NCBI RefSeq assembly: GCF_018350175.1
Contig: NC_058368.1
Span: 174,966,001-175,030,000, forward strand
Source: Felis catus
Lineage: Eukaryota
Length of the DNA: 64,000 nt
Direction of reading: 5' to 3'
Positions 37,465 through 49,802 of the stretch are shown one piece after another. The translations under genes and the position numbers were made by a program. Under the pieces are notes generated by a model, which saw nothing but the letters and a program-made list of their open reading frames with translations, did no database searches and was not told the origin of the DNA. Within the stretch, counting starts at the first letter, position 1. Every line of letters begins with the position of its first letter.

Positions 37465-37760
37465 TGTATCGGATTCTTCGGTTGCAAGTGACAGAAACCC
37501 AATTCTGGCTAAGTTAAACCAAAAATATGTATCGGAAGGACTGGGGGTGCTTGTGGAATTGAATGAGAGACTGAACAATCAGATTCTCGTAAAGGGCAAG
37601 AACCAGGGAACCTGGAGAGATCCCCTCTGGGGAAGGAAGCGAGAGGGAGAGGGAGACAGAGAGAGAGAGAGAGGAGGATCAGGGACACAGCAATGTGTGG
37701 ACAATGTCTTTAGGAGCCACTCACTGTCTTCCCGCTTCGACCCTTCCTGTTTTTTGTTTG
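37465..37760 (-). mobile_element. Old MaLR/ERVL LTR fragment (MLT1K-N / LTR33-like)
   Basis: ggattcttcggttgcaagtgacagaaacccaattctggctaagttaaac is the typical reverse 3' end. Confidence 0.6.
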
Positions 37761-38229
37761 CGGTCAGCATCAAGATAGGATCCACGTCGGCTTTCGGAAC
37801 ATCGGGCCCAGCCCTTTTGGGGAGAATAGTGCAGAATTCCAGCCTCAGCACACAAGGGTTGAGCCACTTTGGGTGGCTCTCTTCACCTCTCTCGGCCTCC
37901 GTTGCCTCATCCGTTACATCGTACCTCTCGGGTTGTGGCGGAAATGGGTATGAAAAGCAAAAGCCACCTACATCCCTAGTGGAGTGGATAGAAGCAAAGT
38001 CCCCGGAACCCAATGAATCTGGAAATCCTGATTCGAGTATATACTGGTGTTGTGTCTGTGCTGTGTATTACATTTCAGTTCCCTCGCCTGTGAAGTGGTG
38101 ATAATAGCAATATTTGCCTGATTATAATTAAGCTTATATCTAGCACGTAACAGAGGCACAAATAATGTAAGCCGGGCAAGGGGAAGAGGTAACAGCTCAG
38201 ACAATAACTTGGTGAGGTTAGTATCGATC

Positions 38230-38790
38230 ATTCCTTCTTGAGAGTGGGTATTGAAACCACACCCCCTCCCATCATTAAATAAGACAGCAATGAGAAATCT
38301 CTACCTCGCAGTCAACTTTTCATATGAGAAAGGAAGCCCTTGGTATGAATGGTGGTGCTGGATCTTGCCTCTGCGTAATCAACAAGGCTTTGCCTGCTCC
38401 AGGCTCCCATCTCTTCTGGAGCCGGGAGTGTTCTTGGCACATCTTTTATAAAAGTCAGCCTCGCTTTCTTCCTGTTGCAAATTGCATGCACATTTCTGCT
38501 CCCTGCGACCGGCCTCCATTTCTCAGCCGCTCTTTGCCAGCTTCCCCCTCTCCCTCTCCTAATGAGAACGAGTTGACTTATAATTAAGGTCATATTTTAT
38601 CTGCCGGGGAAAGGCAGTGGCTGGCCAGGCTGGGGTGCCACAGCCCCGTCGCAGCGTTCCTCTGGTAGATTACCCCTGCGTTGATGACCGTCAGTTGTTG
38701 TTTTGGGCTAAAGATACAAGAACAGTTTGGATGGCTTGAAATTAACAACCGGTTTTATAGCTTGTAAATAGTTCTTGTGGTGAGATTTCC
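38230..38790. promoter_or_regulatory. Candidate enhancer (repeat-free block)
   Basis: cattaa, catatg E-box, cttttataaaag palindrome, ctaatg, tataattaa, aaggtca. Motif evidence only. Confidence 0.35.
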
Positions 38791-40052
38791 TTCTCTGCTC
38801 TAATCCCCTCTTCCCCTTCAGACCTCGTTTACGAATCCCTCGCCGGGAGTGTTCTTCTCAGAATGGAAAAACAAGGGTTTGTCTGGGGTACAAGCTGCTT
38901 CTGCTGAGAAGTCCGTCCGTGGCCCGGGTGGGTCTTTGAGGAGCACCAGTTCCGCTCCCGGGGACGGAACAACAGCTCCGCTGGCCCTCTGCAGCCCGGC
39001 TGCCTGCATCCGCCCAAGATGTCGGGCAGTCATCTCGCTCTTTCTTTCCCTGGCTCAGAGCAAGAAAGCTCCTGACCCCTTCTGATGATTTTTAATCCGT
39101 CTCTTAACATAATGGCCCCTGCAAAATAGGCAGGCAGTTTTCCCAGACACCCTGGCTGTTATGGTGATGGAGGAGCTGGTTTGGAAAAATGCGAATTTCC
39201 TCCAAACCACTAGAGTCAATCTAGGCGATTAGAGGGTTGCTGAGAAGCCTGGCTGACTTTGCCTGTTTTCAAGTTGCACTTGCTTCTCTGGCTCGGACAA
39301 CACTGCAGTGAGAAATAAGAAGTCGCCGGGGAGATCCCCTCTGGGGAAGGAAGTTTCCTATTAGAAGCAAAAGAGAGAACAATCCATGTCCAAGCAGCTT
39401 TCTGGTTATTTGGCTCCGAGACTGGCAGATGGGCCGGTGCTCGGGAGCAGACTGGACCAGCTGCAAAGGAGGGACCCCGGGTTCGCTTCGTCCAACTCAC
39501 GCAGCCGCTGTGCAGTTGGCAGAATGGCTCGCCGCGCCCCCCCCCCCCCCCCGCCCCCAACCAGCGCCCCAGGGGTCGAAGCATGGGAGACGCTCAGTCC
39601 CTACTTGTCATCGACGGGAACGTCACAGTCCTCCGCTTGCTGCCCTTCTGTCTCCCCCCCGATGTCAAACCAAAACGTTTTAGATTAACATCAAGGTTGT
39701 AAATGTGAGCGGCATGTCAGCAAGCCCCCCAGACAACATTATCGAGTCTCCAAACGCCAAACGTTTGCGGTGACCGCACGTTGTACCCGCACCTTCCTCA
39801 GGGCGACGTTGACATCACTGTGCTCCAAGAAGTTAATTTTCCCATCATGGACTGATTCATTGGGCAGAAACCACAGGTTCATGAGCCAGTGCAGGGGCTG
39901 AACTGGGCGACCCCTCCCCCGCCGAACTGAGAGTATAGCGTTGTGTTTTCATGCGAACAAGCAGCGGAAAGCAGTTAGCTTTCCTTTGGTTAGATTTTTT
40001 TTTTTTTTTTTTAATTTTTCCCGTTCGTGGCAACACGACATTTTCAGGACAC

Positions 40053-40174
40053 CAGAGCCTGGAGCCTGTTTCCGATTCTGCGTCTCCCTCTCTCTCTGCC
40101 CCTCGCCCGTTCATGCTCTGTCTCTCTCTGTCCCCAAAATAAATAAACGTTGAAAAAAAAATTAAAAAAAAAAA
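40053..40174 (+). mobile_element. 3' half of a young felid CanSINE
   Basis: cagagcctggagcctgtttccgattctg...aaataaacgttgaaaaaaaa; no head, no TSD. Confidence 0.93.
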
Positions 40175-41069
40175 TATCGGCCATAAAAGGCAGACTCCCA
40201 ACAGGTCACGTAAAGGCCGGTCGAATGTTCTTTCTGGCCTCCTTGCCTAAGCAAAGATCCCCCTTCATTTCCTTCCCGGAAAAATCTCTGAGGAGCTTGT
40301 TCAGGAGAAAGATCCCTGAGGCTTGAGACACCTTGGCAGGACAGAGGCCGTGCTGATTCCTCGGGGTCAATGCCGCCAGCCGGCTGAGACTCACTCAGGC
40401 TTTAGCACAGCGGGCCTGCCGTCTGTTCTTGAGCGTCTTCCTTGAGTTCAAAAGGAAGAGATGGCCAAGCAGGCCCGGCACCAGGGAGCCATGAATGGGC
40501 TTCGACAAACGCACACCCACCCGCCAGGCCTTCCACTGATGATTTAAGCCCAGCCCAAACCAAATGCTGCTCTTTGTAGCCTGCAAACTCTTCCTCATTA
40601 CTCATCCCTTCTGATTTCTGGCCAACTTTCCACCATGGCAAGACCCAAGGACCACAAGAAAAGCGCCTTCTTATCCTCGGGGAGGAAGTATCCTGGAGAG
40701 TTGTAGAAACGCCTCTCAGGAGATCCCCCTGCTGGCTTTTCAGATCCAGCAGCTTGAATCCTTAGGGAAACATCCAAGAATTCTAGGCTCGCCTCCAAAT
40801 GGAAACTGAATCCCGAATCTTTGCAACCGTGTCCACATGCAGTTCAGACCGCTCGCTGTGAATTTGGTTGTGCTGTGGTGTGACGTTTTGGACTGGTGGT
40901 CCATCATAATTCTTCGGGAAAATATGAGATTTCATGCTTTCAGATTACAGTTTCCAGAGAGTTTCTACCTCCCAGATGCCCTTGTCTTTCGGCAAGTCTT
41001 TGTGAAAACTGTTCCGCGGAATCAGCAACATTAGAGCCCTGGTTCAACCGCCTGCACCCAGTAAGTACG

Positions 41070-41620
41070 TCTCTGTCCCAAACGCAACTCAAAAATGGCT
41101 TTAAAAAACAAAGAAGAATTATTGACTGGGGAAGCTGAAAGGTTCAGAAGTAGTTGGCATCAGGTGAGGCTTGATCCAGGCGCTCGCAGTCTATCGTCAA
41201 GGCTCACGTGGCTATGTTCCTTGGCTCTGTCTTTCAAGATGTCAGCTTCGTCTTCAGGTCCCACAAGGTGGCCTACGGGAGTGGTAGGATCCTCCCCTGC
41301 TATAGCTTCTGGGGCAGAAGGGGAGTTTCATTCCAAACTCTGCAGGAGAAGAGTTTCTCTCGGTAGTGCCTGTGGAAGAGAGAGCCTCACACCCTGGAAG
41401 TCCATAGCCAAGGTCACCTCTCACCTCATCTGTGTCGACCGTGTCTTGTGACCGTCATCGCATTAATCCCCATGGTTAAGAAGAGGGCATATATTCATTG
41501 GCTTGCGGCAACGAGGGACTTTCTGAAGCTGGTGCCGGACCAATCCCAGCCAGGCCTCTTGGCTGAGGAGACGGGAGGGGTAGATTGCCAAGGGAAATTC
41601 GAGGCACTGTGTCCAGGAAG
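41070..41620 (-). mobile_element. Old LTR (LTR33/MLT1K-like)
   Basis: aacgcaactcaaaaatggctttaaaaaacaaagaagaattattgact...catcaggtgaggcttgatccaggcgctc. Confidence 0.65.
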
Positions 41621-42879
41621 AGAAGAAAGAGACGAATGGTGGGAAGGCAAAGGACAAGGGTAGAGAGTACGCTCCCTCATGCTGCCGTTGCCTGGATTGA
41701 GAAACAGAGAACGGAAGCAAACTGCCCAAGACGTTTGAAGCCATTCAGTGGCCTCCCACTGCTCCAGGGATGGACAGACGACAAGCAACAGAAAGGACCC
41801 TGTATGATCTGCCCCTCTAGCCCCTCGCATGCTCAGAGCTCCCGCCCCGCCGACCCTCTCCGTTCCTTGAATTTGCCGGCCTCCTGCCTGCCTGCCGTCA
41901 GCTCTCCCCGTGTCGGTTCACTCAGTCTTCCTTCTCTGACTCATTAACTCCTCATTTCTTCTCCCAAGGCGGTGACCCCAAGGCCTCCCCACCCAGTGTT
42001 CTCAGCGCCCCCCCCCCCGTGTGCCTCCCCCTAGATGAGCCCATTCATTCGTTCCTTCTAGCAAATGCTAAGTGAGCGTCTCCAGTGTGTCAGGCCCCAT
42101 TCACGGACAAGAACGGCTTGGAGCTTACAGGGTATGTCCCACATTGTGAGGCTCCCGCAGGAAGCGGGGCTCGCGAGCGCGCCTTATATCGCGGGCGCCG
42201 AAGGGCAAAACCCAGAGTAATATGTGGAAGATGACGTTTGAGGCTCAACCCTCTGATAGGGATCCCGGGCGCTGTTTCCAGACCTAGAAGCCGCTTTGTT
42301 CCGGGCTTGTATGAAAAAAATGCATGATCCTGAGGTCAGGCCTTTTGTGCCGCTGGACGATTACCCTTGACTTTCCTCTTGTCCCGCCCTCAGCACCCAG
42401 AGCCGGTCTTACTCACCAAGGCGTCACCCCTCATCGGCTCCTGACCTCATTCCCGTCCAGCCATGCCACGGCACCAGCTGCAGCCTCCCCAGCCCTCTCC
42501 TGGGCAACCGGAAAAGATTTGTGAGCTCCTGGGGAGCAAGGGCTCCTACTCGCCTCTGAATCCCCAGCACTCCGCGAGGGGCGTGCAGGTAGTAGGTGCC
42601 CCAGAAACACTCGCTCGGTGCATAAGCCCTTTCCCGGCCTCCTTCCGCTTCCCCATCTGGTCCGCTGCCCACGGCGACTTGGAGCCATCTTGTCCTCAAT
42701 GACAGGGCCACCTGGCCAAGGAGATGCTAATGTCTATTTTTACAGCAGAGGAAACCCAGGCTCCGGGAGGCGAGGCCTGAGGTCACAGATGTAAGGCCGC
42801 GCCACGGAAGAGCCGGGACACGACTGGGGCTGTCTGGGGCCACCGTCAGCCTCTTTTTACTACACACTTTGACCCATAG

Positions 42880-43066
42880 CAGAGGTCCTTAATCCGGGCC
42901 GGGGGGAGGGGGTGGGGGCTCTGTGGCTGAGCATCATGAAGCCAGTGTGAGCACTCCGGATTCCAAGCAAAACGTGGGTATGCGTGCACACGTCTGCAGG
43001 AGAGAGGTCCCAGCTTTCATCAGACTTTCAAAGCGATCCGGAACCAAAAACCATTAAGAGTAACTG
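42880..43066. mobile_element. hAT-Charlie MITE (MER103-like)
   Basis: cagaggtccttaatc...gagaggtcccagctttcatcagactttcaaag...ttaagagtaactg. Confidence 0.55.
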
Positions 43067-43249
43067 GCCTGGGGATATTTTCTTTCTTTCTCTTTCTTTT
43101 GACGGACACAAATGCTGACACACCACTGCCCCGCACCGAATCGTCTTAATAGCGGGTTTCACGCGGAGCGGGGGGGGCCTCTCTCTTCCTGGGGCACCGC
43201 CCGGCCGACCGCCGTTGGCATCCTGTGCCAGTCCAAACAGCGGCGGCGG

Positions 43250-43610
43250 CCCCTGTCACATTCCTGAAGAATCCGAATATTAGAAGGACTCGAGGATACA
43301 ATGAGGTAAATTTCCAGACAAGATAAATACAGACAGTAATACAATCCTTACGCGAAGAATAAGGCTACTGTTGGAATCCCTGTGCTAAAAAGATTGACTG
43401 AATTACAGGGGCACGCCCAGTTGGAATTCGGGTTTTCACAGTCTCTTTGCTTGTCAAACTTAATATCAAGGAAAATAAGCTAATTTGATTTGGCAAAGGC
43501 TCATGCAATATGGAATTGATATCTGTGGCAGCGACCTTTGATGTTTTGTATAAACAGTGTTTTCCCCGCTGTGGAAGCTGGAGTTGAATAATAAACAGCG
43601 TTTGCCCTCC
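43250..43610. promoter_or_regulatory. Candidate enhancer with TCF/LEF and FOX sites
   Basis: CCTTTGATG (43535-43543) next to ATAAACA, a second ATAAACA ~45 bp downstream, plus taatttgatt, tgtca and agataa. Motif evidence only. Confidence 0.4.
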
Positions 43611-43654
43611 TCTACTCACCCTCCATCCCCGCCCCCCACCCCGTCACCAGTACT

Positions 43655-43688
<34 letters not shown>

Positions 43689-43744
43689 TAAGGAAATAAA
43701 CCTTTTCTGTGGCTCACAAAACTCGTGGAGGCCATATTTGTTGG

Positions 43745-43969
43745 TTGATGGCTCAACTTTGGCACTGATGTTTTGGGTTGGGTAATTCTTTGAGGGGGGG
43801 CGAGGGTGCTGTCCTTCGCATAGTAGGGTGTTTAGCGGCATCCCTGGCCTCTACCCAGCAATGCAAGTAGCCTCCCCCACTGCCCCCTTCCAGGGTGGAT
43901 AAGCAGAGATGTCTCCTGAGGTCGCCTTTTGTTCCCCGGGGGCAGGACCATCCCGGGTGAGAACCATTG
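43745..43969 (+). mobile_element. MER20 (hAT-Charlie MITE)
   Basis: ctcaactttggcactgatgttttgggttgggtaattcttt...gtttagcggcatccctggcctctaccc...ggtgagaaccattg. Confidence 0.88.
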
Positions 43970-44619
43970 CCCTCAAAGCAGGGAAGGAGATGGTACAAGG
44001 AAGTTTCTTCCTTTTCTCTCAGTTTCAGACACTGGTGGCCTTATCAGGGCCTTCTGCCTTGAGGCTCTGATTCATGGTCCTTCAGCTTCGTAGGCGTCCC
44101 CGGGGAAGAACCTACAGGCTGTCTCTTCTTGCAACCCCTTTTGTCCTCAAGGGGCTTCAGGCCCGTCTGCCGCACATCCGCCTGGAAAGGGGCAGCTCGC
44201 GGTTTTGTCTGACGGCTAACACACGTGGAACATCTGACCTCGTGCTGGTCTCTCTGCCTCCACGGATTTCCGAAGTTCAAGAATTGCGTGGTCCCGAGAC
44301 ACCCACTTGGTGCTCTCTTCCCTGTGGCCCAAGGCGTTTGGAAAACCATCATGGCAGCGAGCGTTTAGCCGGAGTCAGGCAGATTCAAGTCAATGAGGTT
44401 CTGGAACCGGCTCGCAGCAGCTCCTGAAAGCTGATGGATCTTCAGGACTTCCGTGAGCCCTTGGCGGTCACGTTCGTAGCGTTGCATGCCCCACGATGAG
44501 AGTATGGACACCACAGAAATTGGCGAATGCCCCACATCAGAGCTCCTTAGTCCCCTCACCTGCCCCCCTCCACCCCCACCCCCACCGCCCCCAGTCAGTC
44601 AAGTCCGGGCTTGGAAGTA

Positions 44620-45300
44620 GGATAGCAGACGTCACTCACTACTCACCCAATATCCACGTTCCTTGTTTCTTTTTTTTTTTTTTTAATTTTTTTTAATGTT
44701 TATTTATTTTTGAGACAGAGAGAGACAGAGCATGAATGGGGGAGGGTCAGAGAGAGGGAGACACAGAATCTGAAACAGGCTCCAGGCTCTGAGCTGTCAG
44801 CACAGAACCTGACGCGGGGCTCGAACTCACGGACCGCGAGATCATGACCTGAGCCGAAGTCGGACGCCCAACCGACTGAGCCACCCAGGCGCCCCCACGT
44901 TCCTTGTTTCTTACTCGACGAATTCCAGCTCTGTTTAGCCTGGCAATGAGCCCATTTATATAACTGCATTTCCTGTCTCCCTTGCACTTAAGAGTTCTCA
45001 AATGACATGGCCTTGGCCAATGGCGTGTAGATGGGGTTTATTGGTAGGGTTTCCCAGAAACTCTTTGAAAGGGGGCAGACTCACTGCCTAAGACTTTTCT
45101 ACCTTGTCCTTTCCCTACTCCCAATTTAGATCACAGATGCTAGGCCGGGTGTGGGTCTGACATGTTGCAGCCACAAGGTGACAAGCGACAGGAGAAAGGT
45201 CCCACACTGAGAACGGCTGGACGGAAAGACAGGAGGTGCCTGGTCTTTGGTGCCACAGCCTGGGGCTCCCTGCCCCCCGGCTGCGGGTTGGTGGGCTTCC
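44620..45300 (+). mobile_element. Old MaLR LTR (MLT1J/K-like) split by a SINE
   Basis: ctgcatttcctgtctcccttgca...tggccaatgg...atgttgcagccacaaggtgacaag...cacactgagaacggc...gaaagacaggaggtgcctgg. Confidence 0.7.
44672..44895 (-). mobile_element. Felid CanSINE
   Basis: TSD cacgttccttgtttctt. Confidence 0.97.
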
Positions 45301-45510
45301 ACAATACGCCCCTGAAGACCATCCCTATCTGGGACCCAAGGCAAGGCTGCCCAACCTTTATTAGCTCCAGTTTTCTTATCTATAGAATCGAAATAAGGGG
45401 AACCTAACCCATGGGATCGGTCTGAGGGTTGAATAAGATACTGCATGGGAGGAGCCCCCACAGCACTGACACATGGGAAGCACCAAGGGAATGCAAGCTG
45501 GTACTGTTCC

Positions 45511-45537
45511 TTTTTTTCCCCCCATGTTTATTGAGTT

Positions 45538-45580
<43 letters not shown>

Positions 45581-45762
45581 GTAAACTGGGGAGGGGCAGA
45601 GAGAGAGGGAGACACAGAATCCGAAACAGGCTCCAGGCTCTGAGCTGTCAGCGCAGAGCCCAATGCAGGGCTTGAACTCACGGACTGTGAGATCGCAACC
45701 TGAGCCGAAGTTGGACGCTTGGCTGGCTGAGCCTCCCTGCCCCCCCCCCCCCCCCCCGCCCC
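45511..45762 (-). mobile_element. CanSINE with (GA)n expansion and a C-run in the head
   Basis: TSD agctggtactgtt. Confidence 0.93.
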
Positions 45763-47593
45763 GAGCTGGTACTGTTGTTACCTCTGTGGCTGTGCTTGTC
45801 CACCCTGGCCGTAAGTATGTGCTTGGGTGTTTGTCCCTCCCTCTAGCCTTTGTCTCTTCAAGCACAAGGGTCATGTCTCACTCACCCTCTATCCTCAGTT
45901 TCCACTACGTGGCTCAATAATCGTGACTTGAATTCAGTTGATGCTGAAGGGTAGGGTGGAGATATGAGTTATATAGTCAAACAAAGGAGAATTAATTTAC
46001 TTTTCAGCATTTGAGTACAACCCGTATCTCTGGCCTGCCCTTTAGCACCAACTGAATTCAAGTCATGATTGAGCCCTGTGCGTGTCCCTGGGAAGGGAGG
46101 AGAGAATTTATTGGACAAACGCTGCACGCCGAGACACTGAGCCAAGGGTTTTCCCTGCATTATCTCATTTACTCCTCGCAAGAACCCTGAGAGTGGTAAG
46201 CATATCCTAGTAACTCAGAAAGCAGCCAGGTTACCCTGCCTCCTCTGACGTGAGTCACTGTGAGGCCTAGGGGACAATCCAGGCTCCACGTTTTCATAGC
46301 CAGCTGTCCTTGGGCGTACGACTTAGCTTTTCTGTGCCTCAGCCCCTTATTTGCAAGGAGGGCTCCCAAAGCCTTACTTGTCTTGCACAGGAACTGAAAC
46401 ACTAAAGTGAAATAACGCGTTTAACTAAAGTATGGCCCTTCTGAGGTCAATAATGTCAGCTCTTAATAGAATGATACACCCTGCAGAAATCCAAAGCCAT
46501 TTCCAAAAGTTGTATGAATCTGAAGGGGGGGCCCAGTATGCGAGCGCTACTATGTCCTGAATTCAATTTTTAAAATTACCTCACTCTTAAAAACTTCAGG
46601 AAGCCTATTTTAGAAGGGCGTCAGACAGCTGCAGCCGTGGCAATGCAGTGCCGCCCTGGATGTCAAGAATAAATACAATAAAGACAAGACAAAAGTTGGC
46701 ATCCTAGCTGGATCCGGCTGCCGGCGGAAGGCTGTGCACCTGTGCCCCCTTGTTATCGATGAGGGGTTTACGGCTGGCAGGGAGCCGTCCCAGGGTAGTA
46801 GCACCAGACTGAAACCGAATCGAGAAGGGAGTAGCTTCTCTATTTTGTGAGCCAGTGTCGTTTAACGCTATGCTAGATCCTACCTGGAATCCACACCCCC
46901 CCGCCCCCTCTGCAGTTTGGGAAACACTGCACCATGCTTTCCAGCTTCCAGGACCTTCTCCTATAGCGAACCATTCCCCCAGGCCGTGGTAACAACGCAT
47001 GCGGTCAGGCAAAGCTACCAGGTGCCCACGTCTTTACCCTTCTCTCTCTTTCCTCTCTCTAACCTTATGTGCGAGCCAGAAAAGCAGCCTGTTCCTTTAA
47101 TCTGTTGCATCGTGGAGGAATATATGTCTTAACTCAATAGTTCTCTTTTCATCTCTATTACCCATTTGAACGACTTAATTTTGCCAAGTTCCTGTGAGCT
47201 GCCTATTGATAATTGATAGATTGTTCCTTCCTTGCCAATTTCCTCTATTAGTTATCCCAGGAAGTTCGTTTGTGCTTTGTATGTAACCCAATAGGCCCGT
47301 CGAGTGCCTGGCTTGTTTGTAAGCCTGTGTAAATGAATACTGTCCAGAAGTGCAGAGAGGAGGCCAGCAGGCCCTTGGACCAGGAAGCTCTCCAGTTACG
47401 GCGGGTTCCTCTTCATTGAAACAACCTATAGCAGAGGCACGAGGCCTTCCCCTTGCTCTAATGGCTTTGAATGGCCATCTCGGGGGACCCTGGATGTCAA
47501 GCCTGGCTTCTCCCTTCAGATCACAGCCCCAGCCTCCTCCCCTGGGGTTTTACAAGGTGGGGGTGGGCATGTCTTACTAAGAACATCCTATTT

Positions 47594-47806
47594 TTTTTTT
47601 TTTCAACGTTTATTTATTTTTGGGACAGAGAGAGACAGAGCATGAACGGGGGAGGGGCAGAGAGAGAGGGAGACACAGAATCGGAAACAGGCTCCAGGCT
47701 CCGAGCCATCAGCCCAGAGCCCGACGCGGGGCTCGAACTCACGGACCGCGAGATCGTGACCTGGCTGAAGTCGGGCGCTTAACCGACTGCGTCACCCAGG
47801 CGCCCC
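47594..47806 (-). mobile_element. Young felid CanSINE
   Basis: Perfect TSD aagaacatcctattt. Confidence 0.97.
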
Positions 47807-49500
47807 AAGAACATCCTATTTCAGAGTTCTCATTTCTCAGCCTTCTCCAGTTGTTACTGTTTTTTTGTTTCTTTGTGTCTATTAACCGTTTTTTTTTTTT
47901 TCCTTGTCCCTTCTGGGTTTATTCAGACAAGAAGCATTAGCTGTAAAGGAGTGTCGCCAGGGGGGATTTCGATTTGAGGCGGGATCAGCACCAGAAGCTG
48001 GCGGTGATTAGCCACAGACTATCTTTACGGTATCTAGCCATTTGAAACAACCGAAGTATTGAAAATCTGGGGGTTGGACGCGGAGCCAAAACTTTGGGAA
48101 AGTCTTGAAGATTTAGAGAAAGACTTCACATCTTTGGCTTCCATTGAGAAACTGGGAAAGACTTGGTTCACGTTCCTACGGAGAGACAAGTGAATCGGCT
48201 GAGAAAGAGCTTCACGTCTCCTGGCGTTCACGCTCCGGTTGGCCGCGGCCTCCGGAAATGGGCCGTAGAAGACAATGGCCTTGGACCCGAAACAAGTCAC
48301 ACATGCATGTGACCTTCCGGCTCCCGGTAGGCGACTGAGTTTTAGGACTCTGGTCTACACACCACAAATCCCTCTTCCGGGGAATTTTGGATCCGGTTAG
48401 ACGACTGTCAGATTTCTACCGGAGTTCATTTCTTTCCACGGTGACGTGGATGTCCCTGGTGACATCCAATCTGTAGCTCAAAAGAAAGGGGATTCCTGGC
48501 CTTCTCGTCTGTTCACTGCGTGCACTTAACGAGGAACCACTCTCCATCAAGCCCTCTGCTAAAGTACGCGCATCTGAAAGTGAGTTAATTTCCGTCTGCC
48601 TCCCCCAGGGGAAGAGCGCCATGAAGACAGGACAGGACAAGAGCTTGTCTGTAAAGGAACCGTTGCTAAACCCTAGCATCTAGCAGAGTGCTGGGCCCAT
48701 CGAAGACTAAATGAATGAACGGCTCGCTCTCTGCCCTGAAGGAGCTCACCCTCTGTAAACACACCATCGCAATGCCCTGTGATAAGGACTAAGGAAAGGG
48801 AAGAACAAGGGACTGTAGAAATTACAGGAAGGAGTTCCTGACACAGCTAGGTGGGAGAAAGGTCGGAAGAGGCTTTGAAGAGGAAGCAGTGAGGTATGAG
48901 CAGGGACTTGAAGGGTGAGTGTAGTTGGTCAGCCACAAACAAGGGGGCAGGTATTGAGAAGCAGAGGGCATAGTATGTGCAGATAGGAGAGTGAGATACT
49001 CATGTTAGCTGCAGGATGAGTGTGCATCCCCCTCACGAGACTCCGTGTTATTTGCCCTGTATCCCCAGAACCTAGAAGAGTGGTCAGCGTGGAGCAGACG
49101 TTGAGCGAGCGTTTGCTAAATCAGCACAGGAAGGAATGGTGCTCTAGCTATGGTGTAGACAAGGAGCTAAATCAAACTTGAATGTCTTTGCCCTTTGAGG
49201 CTGAGAATGGAGGAAAAGAGACAGATCTGAGGGTGGCTTGGAATTTGTAGTGATAATAAAGATGGGTGGGTTGAGTGAGCATGTGTGGACAGGCTCTTGC
49301 TTTAGCTTAGCCTGAGGATCACACAGACTCTGTCATGAGGATCCCAAAGGATCCCAAAGCCAGCCCCTGGGACCTTCCAGTTTAATCTCAGAAGCGTCCC
49401 ACCTCCTTAGGCATTTTTCAGCTGGGCACTGGGTTCTGGGCCATTTGTCTTCAAAAAATGATCTCAGACTTTCCCTGATCTGAGCCTACCAGCCCAACTT

Positions 49501-49546
49501 CCTTCCTTCCTTCCTTCCTTCCTTCCTTCCTTCCTTCTTTCTTTCT

Positions 49547-49594
<48 letters not shown>

Positions 49595-49802
49595 ATGTTT
49601 ATTTATTATTGACAAACAGAGAGAGACAGAGCATGAGCATGGGAGGGACAGAGAGAGAGGGAGACACAGAATCTGAAGCAGGCTCCAGGCTCTGAGCTGT
49701 CAGTACAGAGTCCGACGTGGGGCTCGAACTCACTCACGGACAGCGAGATCATGACCTGGGCCGAAGTCGGACGCTCAACCGACTGAGCCACCCAGGCGCC
49801 CC
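49501..49802 (-). mobile_element. Felid CanSINE whose tail became a (TTCC)n(TTTC)n microsatellite
   Basis: TSD taccagcccaactt / tagcagcccaactt; repeat at 49499-49593. Confidence 0.95.

Noticed and set aside
37388..38101. 237-aa plus-strand ORF
   Set aside because: It runs through an antisense LTR fragment, a GA-rich tract and MIR-like sequence, starts at a non-ATG codon and has no recognisable domain.
42898..42918. G-quadruplex-like G runs (also 62181-62204) and many poly-C tracts
   Set aside because: They are common throughout this window and nothing links them to a function.
44074..44427. 117-aa ORF in unique sequence
   Set aside because: No recognisable homology, no convincing splice context, and a length expected by chance at this GC content.
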